DNA of 35,447 nucleotides, taken from the NCBI GenBank assembly GCA_021162425.1, contig JAGGYQ010000074.1:1-35447 (forward strand), given 5' to 3'. This stretch comes from Candidatus Aenigmatarchaeota archaeon. Lineage in GTDB: Archaea > Aenigmatarchaeota > Aenigmatarchaeia > QMZP01 > QMZT01. The position numbers and the translations under genes were made by a program. Every line of letters begins with the position of its first letter. Position 1 is the first letter of the stretch. The notes beneath the pieces are model-generated. The model was not told the origin of the DNA, ran no database searches, and worked only from the letters and a program-made list of their open reading frames with translations. Positions 10,901 through 18,235 of this stretch are shown here, piece after piece.

Positions 10901-11449
10901 TGGTATTAGTTTATGACCAGACTTTTTATAAATTACTCTGCACGAATTACAGTAATATTCGTCAGGTTCGTCAGTTCGTACTAACGGATAATAGGTTCCG
11001 TGGATATTGTAGCAGTTGGGGCAATATAAAGAATTCTTTGGATGTTGTGTAGAAGATTGCTCGCGTTTCCTTATGAACTCTACGTATTTCGGCTCTTTTA
11101 CCTCGGCCGGTCCCTTTAAGAGATGTGACTTTCTCATAAGGTAGTCTAAAGTTGCCAAAGCTTCCTGCGTCATTTCAGGACGACCATTATCTAAAATCCT
11201 CTCCTGTATATAAGTCGCTAAATCATCGTTTTCCCTTATAAGGTTGGGAAGATTCTTTAGGACACTTTTCAATTTTTTTGCATGCTTCACCCTTTCGTCG
11301 CGGGGCAATGATTTCCAATCAATCCCATAATATTTGCAGTAAATGTCTCTCACAAATCTGTAAGATTCCAAATTTTTCCTGAAAATCCCCTTGTCAATTT
11401 CATTTCTTTTTGCGCCTTTTCCAAGACCCCAGAAGGGAAATTTTACCAT
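7919..11449 (-). CDS. Large multi-domain membrane protein (~1176 aa): Zn-ribbon N-terminus, multi-TM core, Cys-rich outer domain; start reassigned to ATG 11449
   Basis: Uninterrupted ORF; CPNC/CNSC and CPRC/CPYH pairs; about 10 hydrophobic segments; Cys-rich tail; the extra upstream 41 codons are AT-rich and intergenic-like. Confidence 0.8.
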   Translation of the reverse strand: MVKFPFWGLGKGAKRNEIDKGIFRKNLESYRFVRDIYCKYYGIDWKSLPRDERVKHAKKLKSVLKNLPNLIRENDDLATYIQERILDNGRPEMTQEALATLDYLMRKSHLLKGPAEVKEPKYVEFIRKREQSSTQHPKNSLYCPNCYNIHGTYYPLVRTDEPDEYYCNSCRVIYKKSGHKLIPIISDRCPRCGGPLRVFATDVAGAHTKRVYSFYCPYHGAPAYSRTDEGIVFTIIAGIQIQLSEQYYREWKENRKVIMKKQLKDLENKLKGELAGKYGLTYDTNTGKFKGKIKGSKIDFRNQLEGINQLIGKASANIDNFGFADISANEIPKDSYGERLVDQSLIKDHGFSDRDSQRFPIEEQEAYQKSQGEISKKVKERRMRREESIDKEPIEEWRVKHRLLDPIRRLSEKSGDKVKGIFFFLVLIILGITISALLGNTGFLLGFLFWAFREILPEPEKIEIVENPTIFFFGSLFATHENRTNTGLAFLRSVLKLAALISFIFGLYSASFPLSNLLLLLLAFGMYFTLPISFDPTKPDEFIESAVRVLLAVFIAVFIFGLKQGTGIFQAPQLGWLTLAFFFVFPVATEKNNVIRALGKIASPTAESYEMIDKLIFIAIMLLFAIVYGFSFVGGFFKGTAGIVFGAVWILGLVAGLTTPAETRPWMGVLILTIGFVIFGMGVGQQSVGVAIFGQWWPTIHNSVAEVIKPIGDLFFQFQKTFGQTWLLFTNPMGFAQQITEGKHIGDEISPAGAYGLEIRKISIPSVYVDEDFMIEIELENKGMYDAELQSVKLVTTFPLINFKFQDKELSLTESDDPILKKELFHVASAESPVYIYSLPIEKKTIIKRQDIVPLFIFGIVSCEDIKKSEWRDFFGGHKHTVKEKYIPMLFLIEYNYKSESSLSIDFISKDEWDRLSKENKLTRKQVQSVLSTSPANLNLGTMDQPLREDFPFFIGFNLTSAEGPRSRIRNPNVRIEIPHDLTRAKNIQCTNLKGTRQPFSTGRTEIFLGSQGFCRFQGMPDVLKGVPKKTYIINASAEYTFVRWERKDTLFNFRDTCIKSLTAEEPGSEEYCADRIARGYTHCDLGMGGCRSDDDCRKDRLCNDKATTPPLPVSLECRDIGATSVCCFGHMSSKDCEKAYDIWKDMRDKGEIDKYADYTPEQFEKLKSDLGLQCQ

Positions 11450-11601
11450 ATTTATTTCATTGCTTTGAAAAACTATATATTTACATTTTATTTCTTTATG
11501 GTGCAGAAAAGTGATATTCAGTAATCTCAGAACCACAACTTGGTTCTTAAAATGTGCATTACTAATAAACATTTTTAAATAAAAACGTGTATTATTAAAG
11601 T

Positions 11602-12882
11602 ATGAACGAACTCAAATCGGTCTTGGTGGACCAGAGAAGGGAAATGGATGAAAGGTTCAGAAGGGAGAGGATAATTAAGAGGGAAATGGAAGAAAAATTA
11701 ACCTCAGAAATAAAAAGCGAGGTGGCCAAGGTCGTGATGGGTGTGAGGAGGGCAGGAAAATCCATCATGTGCTACCATCTTCTCAACGACAAAGAATTCC
11801 TGTACGTGAATTTTGATGATGAAAGACTTGACGGAATTCAGGCGAAGGATCTGAATGAACTGATAAAGATATACGTATCGATTCACGGGAAGGATTTTTA
11901 TTTGGCGCTTCTCGACGAGCCACAAAGAGTGAAAGGCTGGGAACTTTTTGTAAACCGATTATTGAGGGCGGGGAAGAGCGTGTTCGTCACAGGCTCCAGC
12001 TCAGAACTTCTTAGCAAGGAGCTCGCCACCCATCTCACAGGCAGGCATCTGGATTATCTTCTCTTCCCCTTCAGCTTCAGGGAATTCCTGAAATTCAAGG
12101 ACGTGGAGATTAACGAAGAATTGATGCTCTCGACCAAAGGGAAGGGAATCCTCCTCAAACACCTTTCAGAATTCATAAAAAAGGGTGGGATGCCACAAGC
12201 TCTGAAAATCCATAACTGGCAGGGATTCCTGAGGGGATTGTACGAAGACATAATCATGAAGGATGTCGTACTGAGGTATCGCATAAGGTATGTTCAGATG
12301 TTTAAAACCATTTCGAGATTTCTGATGAAAAGTCATTCGAAATACGTAAGTTTCAATTCCATAAGAAAGGCATTCGGGGTGAAAACCATTCACACGGTAA
12401 GGGATTATGCAGACTATCTCGAAAGTGCGTTCCTCCTCTTTTTCGTGAAGAAGTATGCACCCTCGTTGAAGGAGGTTGAGAATGTCCCCAAAAAGGTTTA
12501 CTGTATAGATACGGGAATCCTGACCTCGCTTTTCTCATCCCCAGAAATCGGAAGATTGATGGAGAACGTGGTTGGAGTCGAACTCCTCAGGTGGAAAGCT
12601 TATTTGGGCGGAAACCCAGAGGTTTACTACTTCAAGGATTATCAGGGAAGAGAGGTCGATTTCGTCCTTAAAGAGGATTCGCGTATTTCGCAGCTAATCC
12701 AGGTAACCTACGCCGCCGGTCCGGACGAAATCGAAAAACGCGAACTCCGCTCGTTACTGAAGGCGTCGAAAGAACTTTGCTGCAAAAACCTCCTCGTCAT
12801 AACCTGGGACTACGAGGGTGAGGAAGTTCGAAGTAACAGAAAGGTAAAATTCGTTCCGTTATGGAAATGGCTCCTGCGCTAA
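11602..12882 (+). CDS. AAA_14 ATPase with C-terminal DUF4143 (PD-(D/E)XK-like) domain
   Basis: GVRRAGKS, YVNFDDERL, LLDEPQ, VTGSS, TGR, GGMP, KKVYCIDTG, REVDFV, LIQV. Confidence 0.9.
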   Translation: MNELKSVLVDQRREMDERFRRERIIKREMEEKLTSEIKSEVAKVVMGVRRAGKSIMCYHLLNDKEFLYVNFDDERLDGIQAKDLNELIKIYVSIHGKDFYLALLDEPQRVKGWELFVNRLLRAGKSVFVTGSSSELLSKELATHLTGRHLDYLLFPFSFREFLKFKDVEINEELMLSTKGKGILLKHLSEFIKKGGMPQALKIHNWQGFLRGLYEDIIMKDVVLRYRIRYVQMFKTISRFLMKSHSKYVSFNSIRKAFGVKTIHTVRDYADYLESAFLLFFVKKYAPSLKEVENVPKKVYCIDTGILTSLFSSPEIGRLMENVVGVELLRWKAYLGGNPEVYYFKDYQGREVDFVLKEDSRISQLIQVTYAAGPDEIEKRELRSLLKASKELCCKNLLVITWDYEGEEVRSNRKVKFVPLWKWLLR

Positions 12883-12884
12883 AC

Positions 12885-13331
12885 TCACTCCAAAATTTCG
12901 CTCTCCTCAAACCACAACTTTATCTCTTCTTCCGCCTCTTCTCTCGTTCCTGAAGCGTGAACAAGATTGTATATCGACCTTCTTTCTGCATCTGCCTTTT
13001 CCTTTGAGTCGTTCCCCAAATCACCGCGTATCGTCCCTTTTTCAGCTTTCGATGGATCTGTTGCTCCCACAATCTTTCTCACACGTGATACAGCATCTTC
13101 ACCCTCGAGAACTATTGCAACCACCCGTTTTTCCGCAAGATAATCTACAAGAACATTGAAAAACGGCTTATCCTTATGAACAGCGTAATGTGCTTGTACA
13201 AATTCCCTTGAAGGTATGACCATCCTAAGATTTGCAACTTTTAACCCGTTCTCCTCAAATCTCTTTATTATCTCACCTATCAAATTCCTCTCGACACCAT
13301 CAGGTTTTATTAATACGAGAGTTCTTTCCAT
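12885..13331 (-). CDS. ndk: Nucleoside diphosphate kinase
   Basis: MERTLVLIKPDGV, GATDP, GTIRGD, NLVHAS; GGTGA SD supports ATG 13331. Confidence 0.97.
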   Translation of the reverse strand: MERTLVLIKPDGVERNLIGEIIKRFEENGLKVANLRMVIPSREFVQAHYAVHKDKPFFNVLVDYLAEKRVVAIVLEGEDAVSRVRKIVGATDPSKAEKGTIRGDLGNDSKEKADAERRSIYNLVHASGTREEAEEEIKLWFEESEILE

Positions 13332-13965
13332 GAACATCACCTTTTATTTTTCTCACTATTTCATTTATTACATGCTCAATATCTTGGTCTGCATAGACAT
13401 CTGATAGTATTCCGTTCCTCCTGTAGAAATCGATCAACGGCTTTGTTTCCCGTTCGTATATTTCGAGACGCTTTCTGACAACATTCTCTTTGTCATCTTC
13501 CCGTTGCAGGAGCTTACTTTTGCATATGTCACATTTCCTGTTGTTTTTAGGTGGACGGAAGTAGATGTTGTATACAGCCTTACATTTCGGGCATATCAAA
13601 CGACCTGAAAGTCTTTTTATTATGAGGTCTTCTGGTGCGAAAAAGTTTATAACAATATCAATGTCAACAAAGCGCTTGAGTTCTTCTGCCTGCCTCACAG
13701 TCCTCGGAAAACCATCGAGTATGAAGCCTTTTTTGCAGTCATTCTTATCAAGTCTTTTTTTAAGTATTTCAATAATCACCTCGTCTGGGACAAGATGACC
13801 TTTGTTCATGTATTGTCTGACTTTATTCCCGAGCTCTGTGCCTTTGTTTATTTCGTCTCTCAGAATATCGCCGGATGAGATATGTGGTATATTTAGCTTC
13901 ACGGAAAGCATAGCTGCGTATGTCCCTTTTCCCACACCAGGCGGACCTAAAAATACGATATTCAT
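13300..13965 (-). CDS. adk: Adenylate kinase, bacterial-type with Zn-binding LID
   Basis: GPPGVGKGT, HISSGDILR, GFILDGFPRT, CPKC...CDIC lid, QREDD. Confidence 0.97.
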   Translation of the reverse strand: MNIVFLGPPGVGKGTYAAMLSVKLNIPHISSGDILRDEINKGTELGNKVRQYMNKGHLVPDEVIIEILKKRLDKNDCKKGFILDGFPRTVRQAEELKRFVDIDIVINFFAPEDLIIKRLSGRLICPKCKAVYNIYFRPPKNNRKCDICKSKLLQREDDKENVVRKRLEIYERETKPLIDFYRRNGILSDVYADQDIEHVINEIVRKIKGDVHGKNSRINKT

Positions 13966-14016
13966 ATGAATCCCTTTTTCAGATTAATTATTTAGATATT
14001 CTTGATTTAAAGATTT

Positions 14017-15162
14017 CTATTGGAAAAATATTTTTGATTCTTTTGTATCGGATCTCAGAACATAGTTTGCAAATTGGATGTATTCATTTATGGATATTGG
14101 TCTTCCTCCAAGTGCACATATAAAATTGCTTATTGAAATACCTTTACCGTATAAGGCTGAACGGATTTCATGAAAAAGGATTCCGCCTGAACCAGGTGCT
14201 ATATTCTGGTCTATCACACCAACCGCTTTCACATTTTCCACAAGTTTTCTTAATAAATCCTTCGGGAATGGCCTGAAAACACGTATACGAAGTAAACCAA
14301 TCTTCTTGCCTTCATCCCTCATCTTTTTGACAGCAGCTTTTGCTATGGTTGTGTTTGCTCCTATGGATATCAAGCACGCATCGGCATCATCCATCATATA
14401 TGATTCAACTAAATCGTATTTTCTGCCGAACATTTTTCCCCAATCCTTGCTCACTTCCTCTATGACTTTCAATGCATTTTTATGCGCAAGATGTACCTGT
14501 TCTCTGAAATAAGGATACTCTTCCATCACACCCACGCCCTGAGCCATCGGTTTTTCAGGATCAAGGACAACCTTCGCCTTTCTTGGAGGTAAAAATTTAT
14601 CCACCTTTTTCTGATCAGGTATGACAACAGGTTCTCTCGTATACGATTGATAGAAACCATCCATATTTATGAAAGCGGGAAGCAAAACGTTACGACTTTC
14701 GCATATTTTGTAAAGCATGATTACACTATCCAAAACCTCCTGATTATTTTCGCTGAAAAGCATGAGCCATCCAGAATCTCTCTGGTCGAGTATGTCATTG
14801 TGATCCGGCCATAACGTGATAGGAGCGGATAAGCCTCTCGATACGTTAACCATAACTATGGGTAAACGCATACCGGATGCTATGTATAAAACTTCATGCA
14901 TCAACAGCAAACCTTGGGATGAACTTGCCGTAAAAACACGGGCACCTGTAGCGGAAGCAGCCACAGCAGCTGACATTACTGAATGCTCGCTTTCCGCGCG
15001 CAAAAATTCGGTTTTGAACACACCATCGGAAACCCATTTTGCTATCGTTTCGATTATCTCTGTCTGTGGTGTTATCGGGAAATTTGGAACTACCTGTACC
15101 CTTGAAAGCCTTGCGCCCCAGGCAGCTGATGCATTTCCATCGAGAAGGGTTTTCTTTGTCAT
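14017..15162 (-). CDS. porA: Pyruvate/2-oxoacid:ferredoxin oxidoreductase alpha subunit
   Basis: DGNASAAWG, FPITPQTEI, ESEHSVMSA, TASSSQGL, RVFRPFP. Confidence 0.92.
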   Translation of the reverse strand: MTKKTLLDGNASAAWGARLSRVQVVPNFPITPQTEIIETIAKWVSDGVFKTEFLRAESEHSVMSAAVAASATGARVFTASSSQGLLLMHEVLYIASGMRLPIVMVNVSRGLSAPITLWPDHNDILDQRDSGWLMLFSENNQEVLDSVIMLYKICESRNVLLPAFINMDGFYQSYTREPVVIPDQKKVDKFLPPRKAKVVLDPEKPMAQGVGVMEEYPYFREQVHLAHKNALKVIEEVSKDWGKMFGRKYDLVESYMMDDADACLISIGANTTIAKAAVKKMRDEGKKIGLLRIRVFRPFPKDLLRKLVENVKAVGVIDQNIAPGSGGILFHEIRSALYGKGISISNFICALGGRPISINEYIQFANYVLRSDTKESKIFFQ

Positions 15163-15216
15163 TAATTAAGGATTGTTAATTCTTCAATAAATTTGTTCAT
15201 AAAAATAAAGAAAAAA

Positions 15217-17112
15217 TCAGCCTATGAACACAGGACGTTTTGTTATGAGTTTTGGTAATGACAGTGGTATGAATGGTTTATCCTTTGTCAAATCTTTCAC
15301 ATATTTTATCACATCTTCTGCGTTCATCTTTTTGACTTCACCTGTCTCCCTGAACCTCACAGCCAAAACGCCTTCATTAATCTCCCTTTCGCCCACAACC
15401 ACTATTAAAGGAACCCATTCAGTCTCTGCATCCCTTATCTTTTTCTGTACAGTTTCGTTTCTGTCGTCCACATCAACCCTTATGTTATGTTTTTCAATCT
15501 CCTCTGAAATCTTCGCAGCATCTTCGACGAATTTCTCTGAAACAGGTATTATTCTTATCTGTGTCGGGCTCAACCACATTGGGAACACAGGGTTTTTTCC
15601 TTGCTGCGACTCCATGTATGCCTTTTCAAGCAACGCATACATAACCCTTTCTATGCTTCCTGAAGGTGAGAGGTGAAGGATTATTGGATGCTTTCTCTTG
15701 TTGTCTTTGTCTGTGAAGTATATGCCATATCTCTCGCTGTTTTCCACGTCTATCTGATCAGTAGCCAAACAAGCAGCTTTGTCAAGCGCGTCTACAAAAT
15801 TCCACTCCATTTTGAACACGAAATAGAAAAATCTTTCCGACCACATTTCTACCAGAATGGGTTTATCCATGAGTTTTACCATTTCATGAACAAATTTTTT
15901 GTTCTTCTCGTAGAAATCCTTGACTATCCTCACCGAGAATTCTATATCCTTTTTAATGTCAAAACCAATACCTTCCTCGACTTCTTTTGCCAGCTGGAAT
16001 CTTCGTTTGATCTCCTCTTTTGCCTGTTCAATGTTCGCGCATAATGCGTGACAATCAGGCATGGTGAACGCTCTGAGCCTTCTTAATCCTGCAAGCTCAC
16101 CTCTCTGCTCAACTCTGAATGAATATCTTGTTAATTCATATATTCTCAGAGGAAGGTTTCTATACGATATGCTCGCATCTTTTGCTATTAAGAATTGCCC
16201 AAAACATGCCGCAAACCTCAGGAATACATGTTTATTCGGTGTTTCTATTACGTACTGCCTTGCTGGGAATCTGTTCAGATACTTTTTGAGTGTTGGGTGA
16301 TCTAAATCGTACATTATAGGTGTTTCCACCTCCATAGCTCCATATTCTATTGTCTTCTTCGTGACAAACCGTTCGAGCAAACTTTTGATAAGTCTACCTT
16401 TTGGTAAAAATCTGAAATGACCTGGATCGCTTGCAGGTTCGTAATCGACAAGTTCAAGCCTTTTCATGAGTTTTATATGTGGAGGCTCTTTGGTTACGAG
16501 TCTGTTTTTTGTTATTTCATATTTGACAAGTTTTTCAAGTCTTTCATTCCCTTTAAAATCAAACCCGTGAATCTTCCCATCTTTCATCTCAATTTTATGT
16601 GCGTTACCATCTGGTGTGAGTATATACCATTCAGATTTCAATGTTTTCTCTTTCTTCAACGCCTCTGAAACATTCTCTTTTTTTGCTTCACCTTCGGGTG
16701 TTATCTCCCTTGAAAGTTCAGATAAAGGATGACCTTTGACTTTTATGTTGAACGCCTTATACCAACCAAACGGCGCTCTATATACCTCATATCCCTTTTC
16801 CTTTAAAATTCTTTCAACGTTTTTCAGGACTTTCAGGGCAACATCAGGTTTTGAAGGTTTTTGTGATAGATGAACATATGGATATATCACTATTGTTTTT
16901 GCCTTGACCTCATCATATACATCAAGAATTTCTTTAACAGTTTTATCAACAAGATTTTTTGTATTCTTCTCATCCCCCTTTTCAACAGAAGAGAAAACAA
17001 CCAAGGCCTCTTCAGCTTTGTAAATTTTCTTTTCTATTTCTTCTGCCTGCTTTATGGCTTTTTTCTTCGGTTCCCATTCTATGAAGTCCGAATGTAACAG
17101 CAGGATTTTCAT
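15217..17112 (-). CDS. thrS: Threonyl-tRNA synthetase, archaeal type with N-terminal editing domain
   Basis: MKILLLHSDF, YPYVHLS, APFGWYKAF..KGHPLSELSR editing domain; FAACFGQF, RAFTMPDCH, SGSIER; anticodon-binding domain. Confidence 0.97.
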   Translation of the reverse strand: MKILLLHSDFIEWEPKKKAIKQAEEIEKKIYKAEEALVVFSSVEKGDEKNTKNLVDKTVKEILDVYDEVKAKTIVIYPYVHLSQKPSKPDVALKVLKNVERILKEKGYEVYRAPFGWYKAFNIKVKGHPLSELSREITPEGEAKKENVSEALKKEKTLKSEWYILTPDGNAHKIEMKDGKIHGFDFKGNERLEKLVKYEITKNRLVTKEPPHIKLMKRLELVDYEPASDPGHFRFLPKGRLIKSLLERFVTKKTIEYGAMEVETPIMYDLDHPTLKKYLNRFPARQYVIETPNKHVFLRFAACFGQFLIAKDASISYRNLPLRIYELTRYSFRVEQRGELAGLRRLRAFTMPDCHALCANIEQAKEEIKRRFQLAKEVEEGIGFDIKKDIEFSVRIVKDFYEKNKKFVHEMVKLMDKPILVEMWSERFFYFVFKMEWNFVDALDKAACLATDQIDVENSERYGIYFTDKDNKRKHPIILHLSPSGSIERVMYALLEKAYMESQQGKNPVFPMWLSPTQIRIIPVSEKFVEDAAKISEEIEKHNIRVDVDDRNETVQKKIRDAETEWVPLIVVVGEREINEGVLAVRFRETGEVKKMNAEDVIKYVKDLTKDKPFIPLSLPKLITKRPVFIG

Positions 17113-17117
17113 ATTAT

Positions 17118-17123
17118 CCCTCC
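17118..17123 (-). promoter_or_regulatory. Shine-Dalgarno of thrS (GGAGGG)
   Basis: AAAGGAGGGATAATATG on the minus strand. Confidence 0.75.
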
Positions 17124-17149
17124 TTTATTTCATCTTTGACATCGTGCTT

Positions 17150-17237
17150 AAATAAACTCACGGCTGGCCGGTTGTCATCCAGAAGAAGTCAGACCCGGCC
17201 ATAGACCACTGACTAAGCGAGCTTCGTCGTCGTGGTC
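17150..17237 (-). promoter_or_regulatory. Attenuator-like RNA leader with mutually exclusive helices
   Basis: GACCACGAC (17237-17229) pairs with GUCAGUGGUC (17213-17204); AGUCAG (17214-17209) pairs with CUGACU (17192-17187); UGGCCGG (17201-17195) pairs with CCGGCCA (17171-17165); UUUAUUU at 17156-17150. Confidence 0.7.
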
Positions 17238-17257
17238 GTCGTGAAGCCGGAGTTCAT
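17213..17257 (-). CDS. Thr-rich leader peptide MNSGFTTTTTTKLA upstream of thrS
   Basis: ATG AAC TCC GGC TTC ACG ACG ACC ACG ACG ACG AAG CTC GCT TAG; six consecutive Thr codons; stop is 100 nt upstream of thrS. Confidence 0.85.
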   Translation of the reverse strand: MNSGFTTTTTTKLA

Positions 17258-17278
17258 AAAAGTAAATTTGATTTATAA

Positions 17279-17293
17279 TTTAAATTTATTTCG
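17279..17293 (-). promoter_or_regulatory. Putative BRE-TATA promoter for the leader-thrS transcript
   Basis: CGAAATAAA-TTTAAA with the TATA element at -27..-22 from the leader ATG, matching leaderless spacing. Confidence 0.55.
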
Positions 17294-17302
17294 TGTACAA
17301 TT

Positions 17303-18169
17303 TCATGAATTATTAAATCCCTTCAAAAATTCATACACACATAAAGGAATCTTTTCTATGCTATAACCTCCTTCGAGAACCGCGAACCTTGGTTTGTCAA
17401 GCTCTGCTATAATCTTCCCTATCTTCTCATATGTTTTTACTTTTAGATTAAGTGAAGTAAGCGGATCACCTTCATATGTATCGAAACCCGCGGACACAGC
17501 GATTAAATCAGGGTCAAATTCCCTTATTTTATCGATACCGACCAATAGTTTCTCTATGTACTCTTTTTCATCTGTTCCTGCCGGCAAAGGGAAATTATAT
17601 GCGTTCTTTTCTGAATGCCTACCTGTGCCAGGATATATGAATCCATATTGATGTAAGGATACGTAAATCACATGAGGATCACCCATAAATATTTCCTGTG
17701 TACCCTGTCCGTGATGGGCATCTATATCGAGGATAGCAATCTTTTTAACAGTTGTCAAAGCCTTTGTAACTGCAATTGCAATGTTATTGAAATAGCAGAA
17801 GCCCTCGAACTTGTTTTGCGAGGCATGATGTCCGGGAGGTCTCATCAGCGAGAATGCTCTACCTTCATTTAAAGCGGTCTTCATGGCAAGAACCGCTCCC
17901 CCCGCAGAAAGCCTTGCATAGTAGTATATATTTGGGATGTTTGGTGTCTCCGAATCTTCGAAATCCCCATGTTTTATTGTGTCTACAAGCGTGTTGGAGT
18001 GAACCATCAATAAATCCTGCCTTGAGCAGGGCTTTGGCTCCAGAAATTTAAAATATTTGAACATCTTCAGAAATTCGTAGACTTTTCGGACTCTTTCACT
18101 CGATTCTGGATGGCCGGGTGAATCATATTCGAGACATTGCCTTGAAAAAATAATTTTTAATGGTTTCAT
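17303..18169 (-). CDS. Histone deacetylase / acetoin utilization family Zn hydrolase
   Basis: HPESSER, RPPGHHA, GFCYFNNIAIA, DIDAHHGQGT, SAGFD, LEGGY. Confidence 0.95.
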   Translation of the reverse strand: MKPLKIIFSRQCLEYDSPGHPESSERVRKVYEFLKMFKYFKFLEPKPCSRQDLLMVHSNTLVDTIKHGDFEDSETPNIPNIYYYARLSAGGAVLAMKTALNEGRAFSLMRPPGHHASQNKFEGFCYFNNIAIAVTKALTTVKKIAILDIDAHHGQGTQEIFMGDPHVIYVSLHQYGFIYPGTGRHSEKNAYNFPLPAGTDEKEYIEKLLVGIDKIREFDPDLIAVSAGFDTYEGDPLTSLNLKVKTYEKIGKIIAELDKPRFAVLEGGYSIEKIPLCVYEFLKGFNNS

Positions 18170-18235
18170 ATTTTAGATTAGCATGAGGATTCAAAAGTTT
18201 TTTATCGAAACGCACGTATTTATTAATGTGAATAA

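Noticed and set aside
17225-17242. (CGT)n microsatellite or CRISPR-like repeat
   Set aside because: It is the in-frame Thr codon run of the leader peptide; I saw no repeat-spacer array in the window.
17113-17257. T-box riboswitch upstream of thrS
   Set aside because: No UGGNACC T-box bulge or long stem I was seen; the uORF explains the region.
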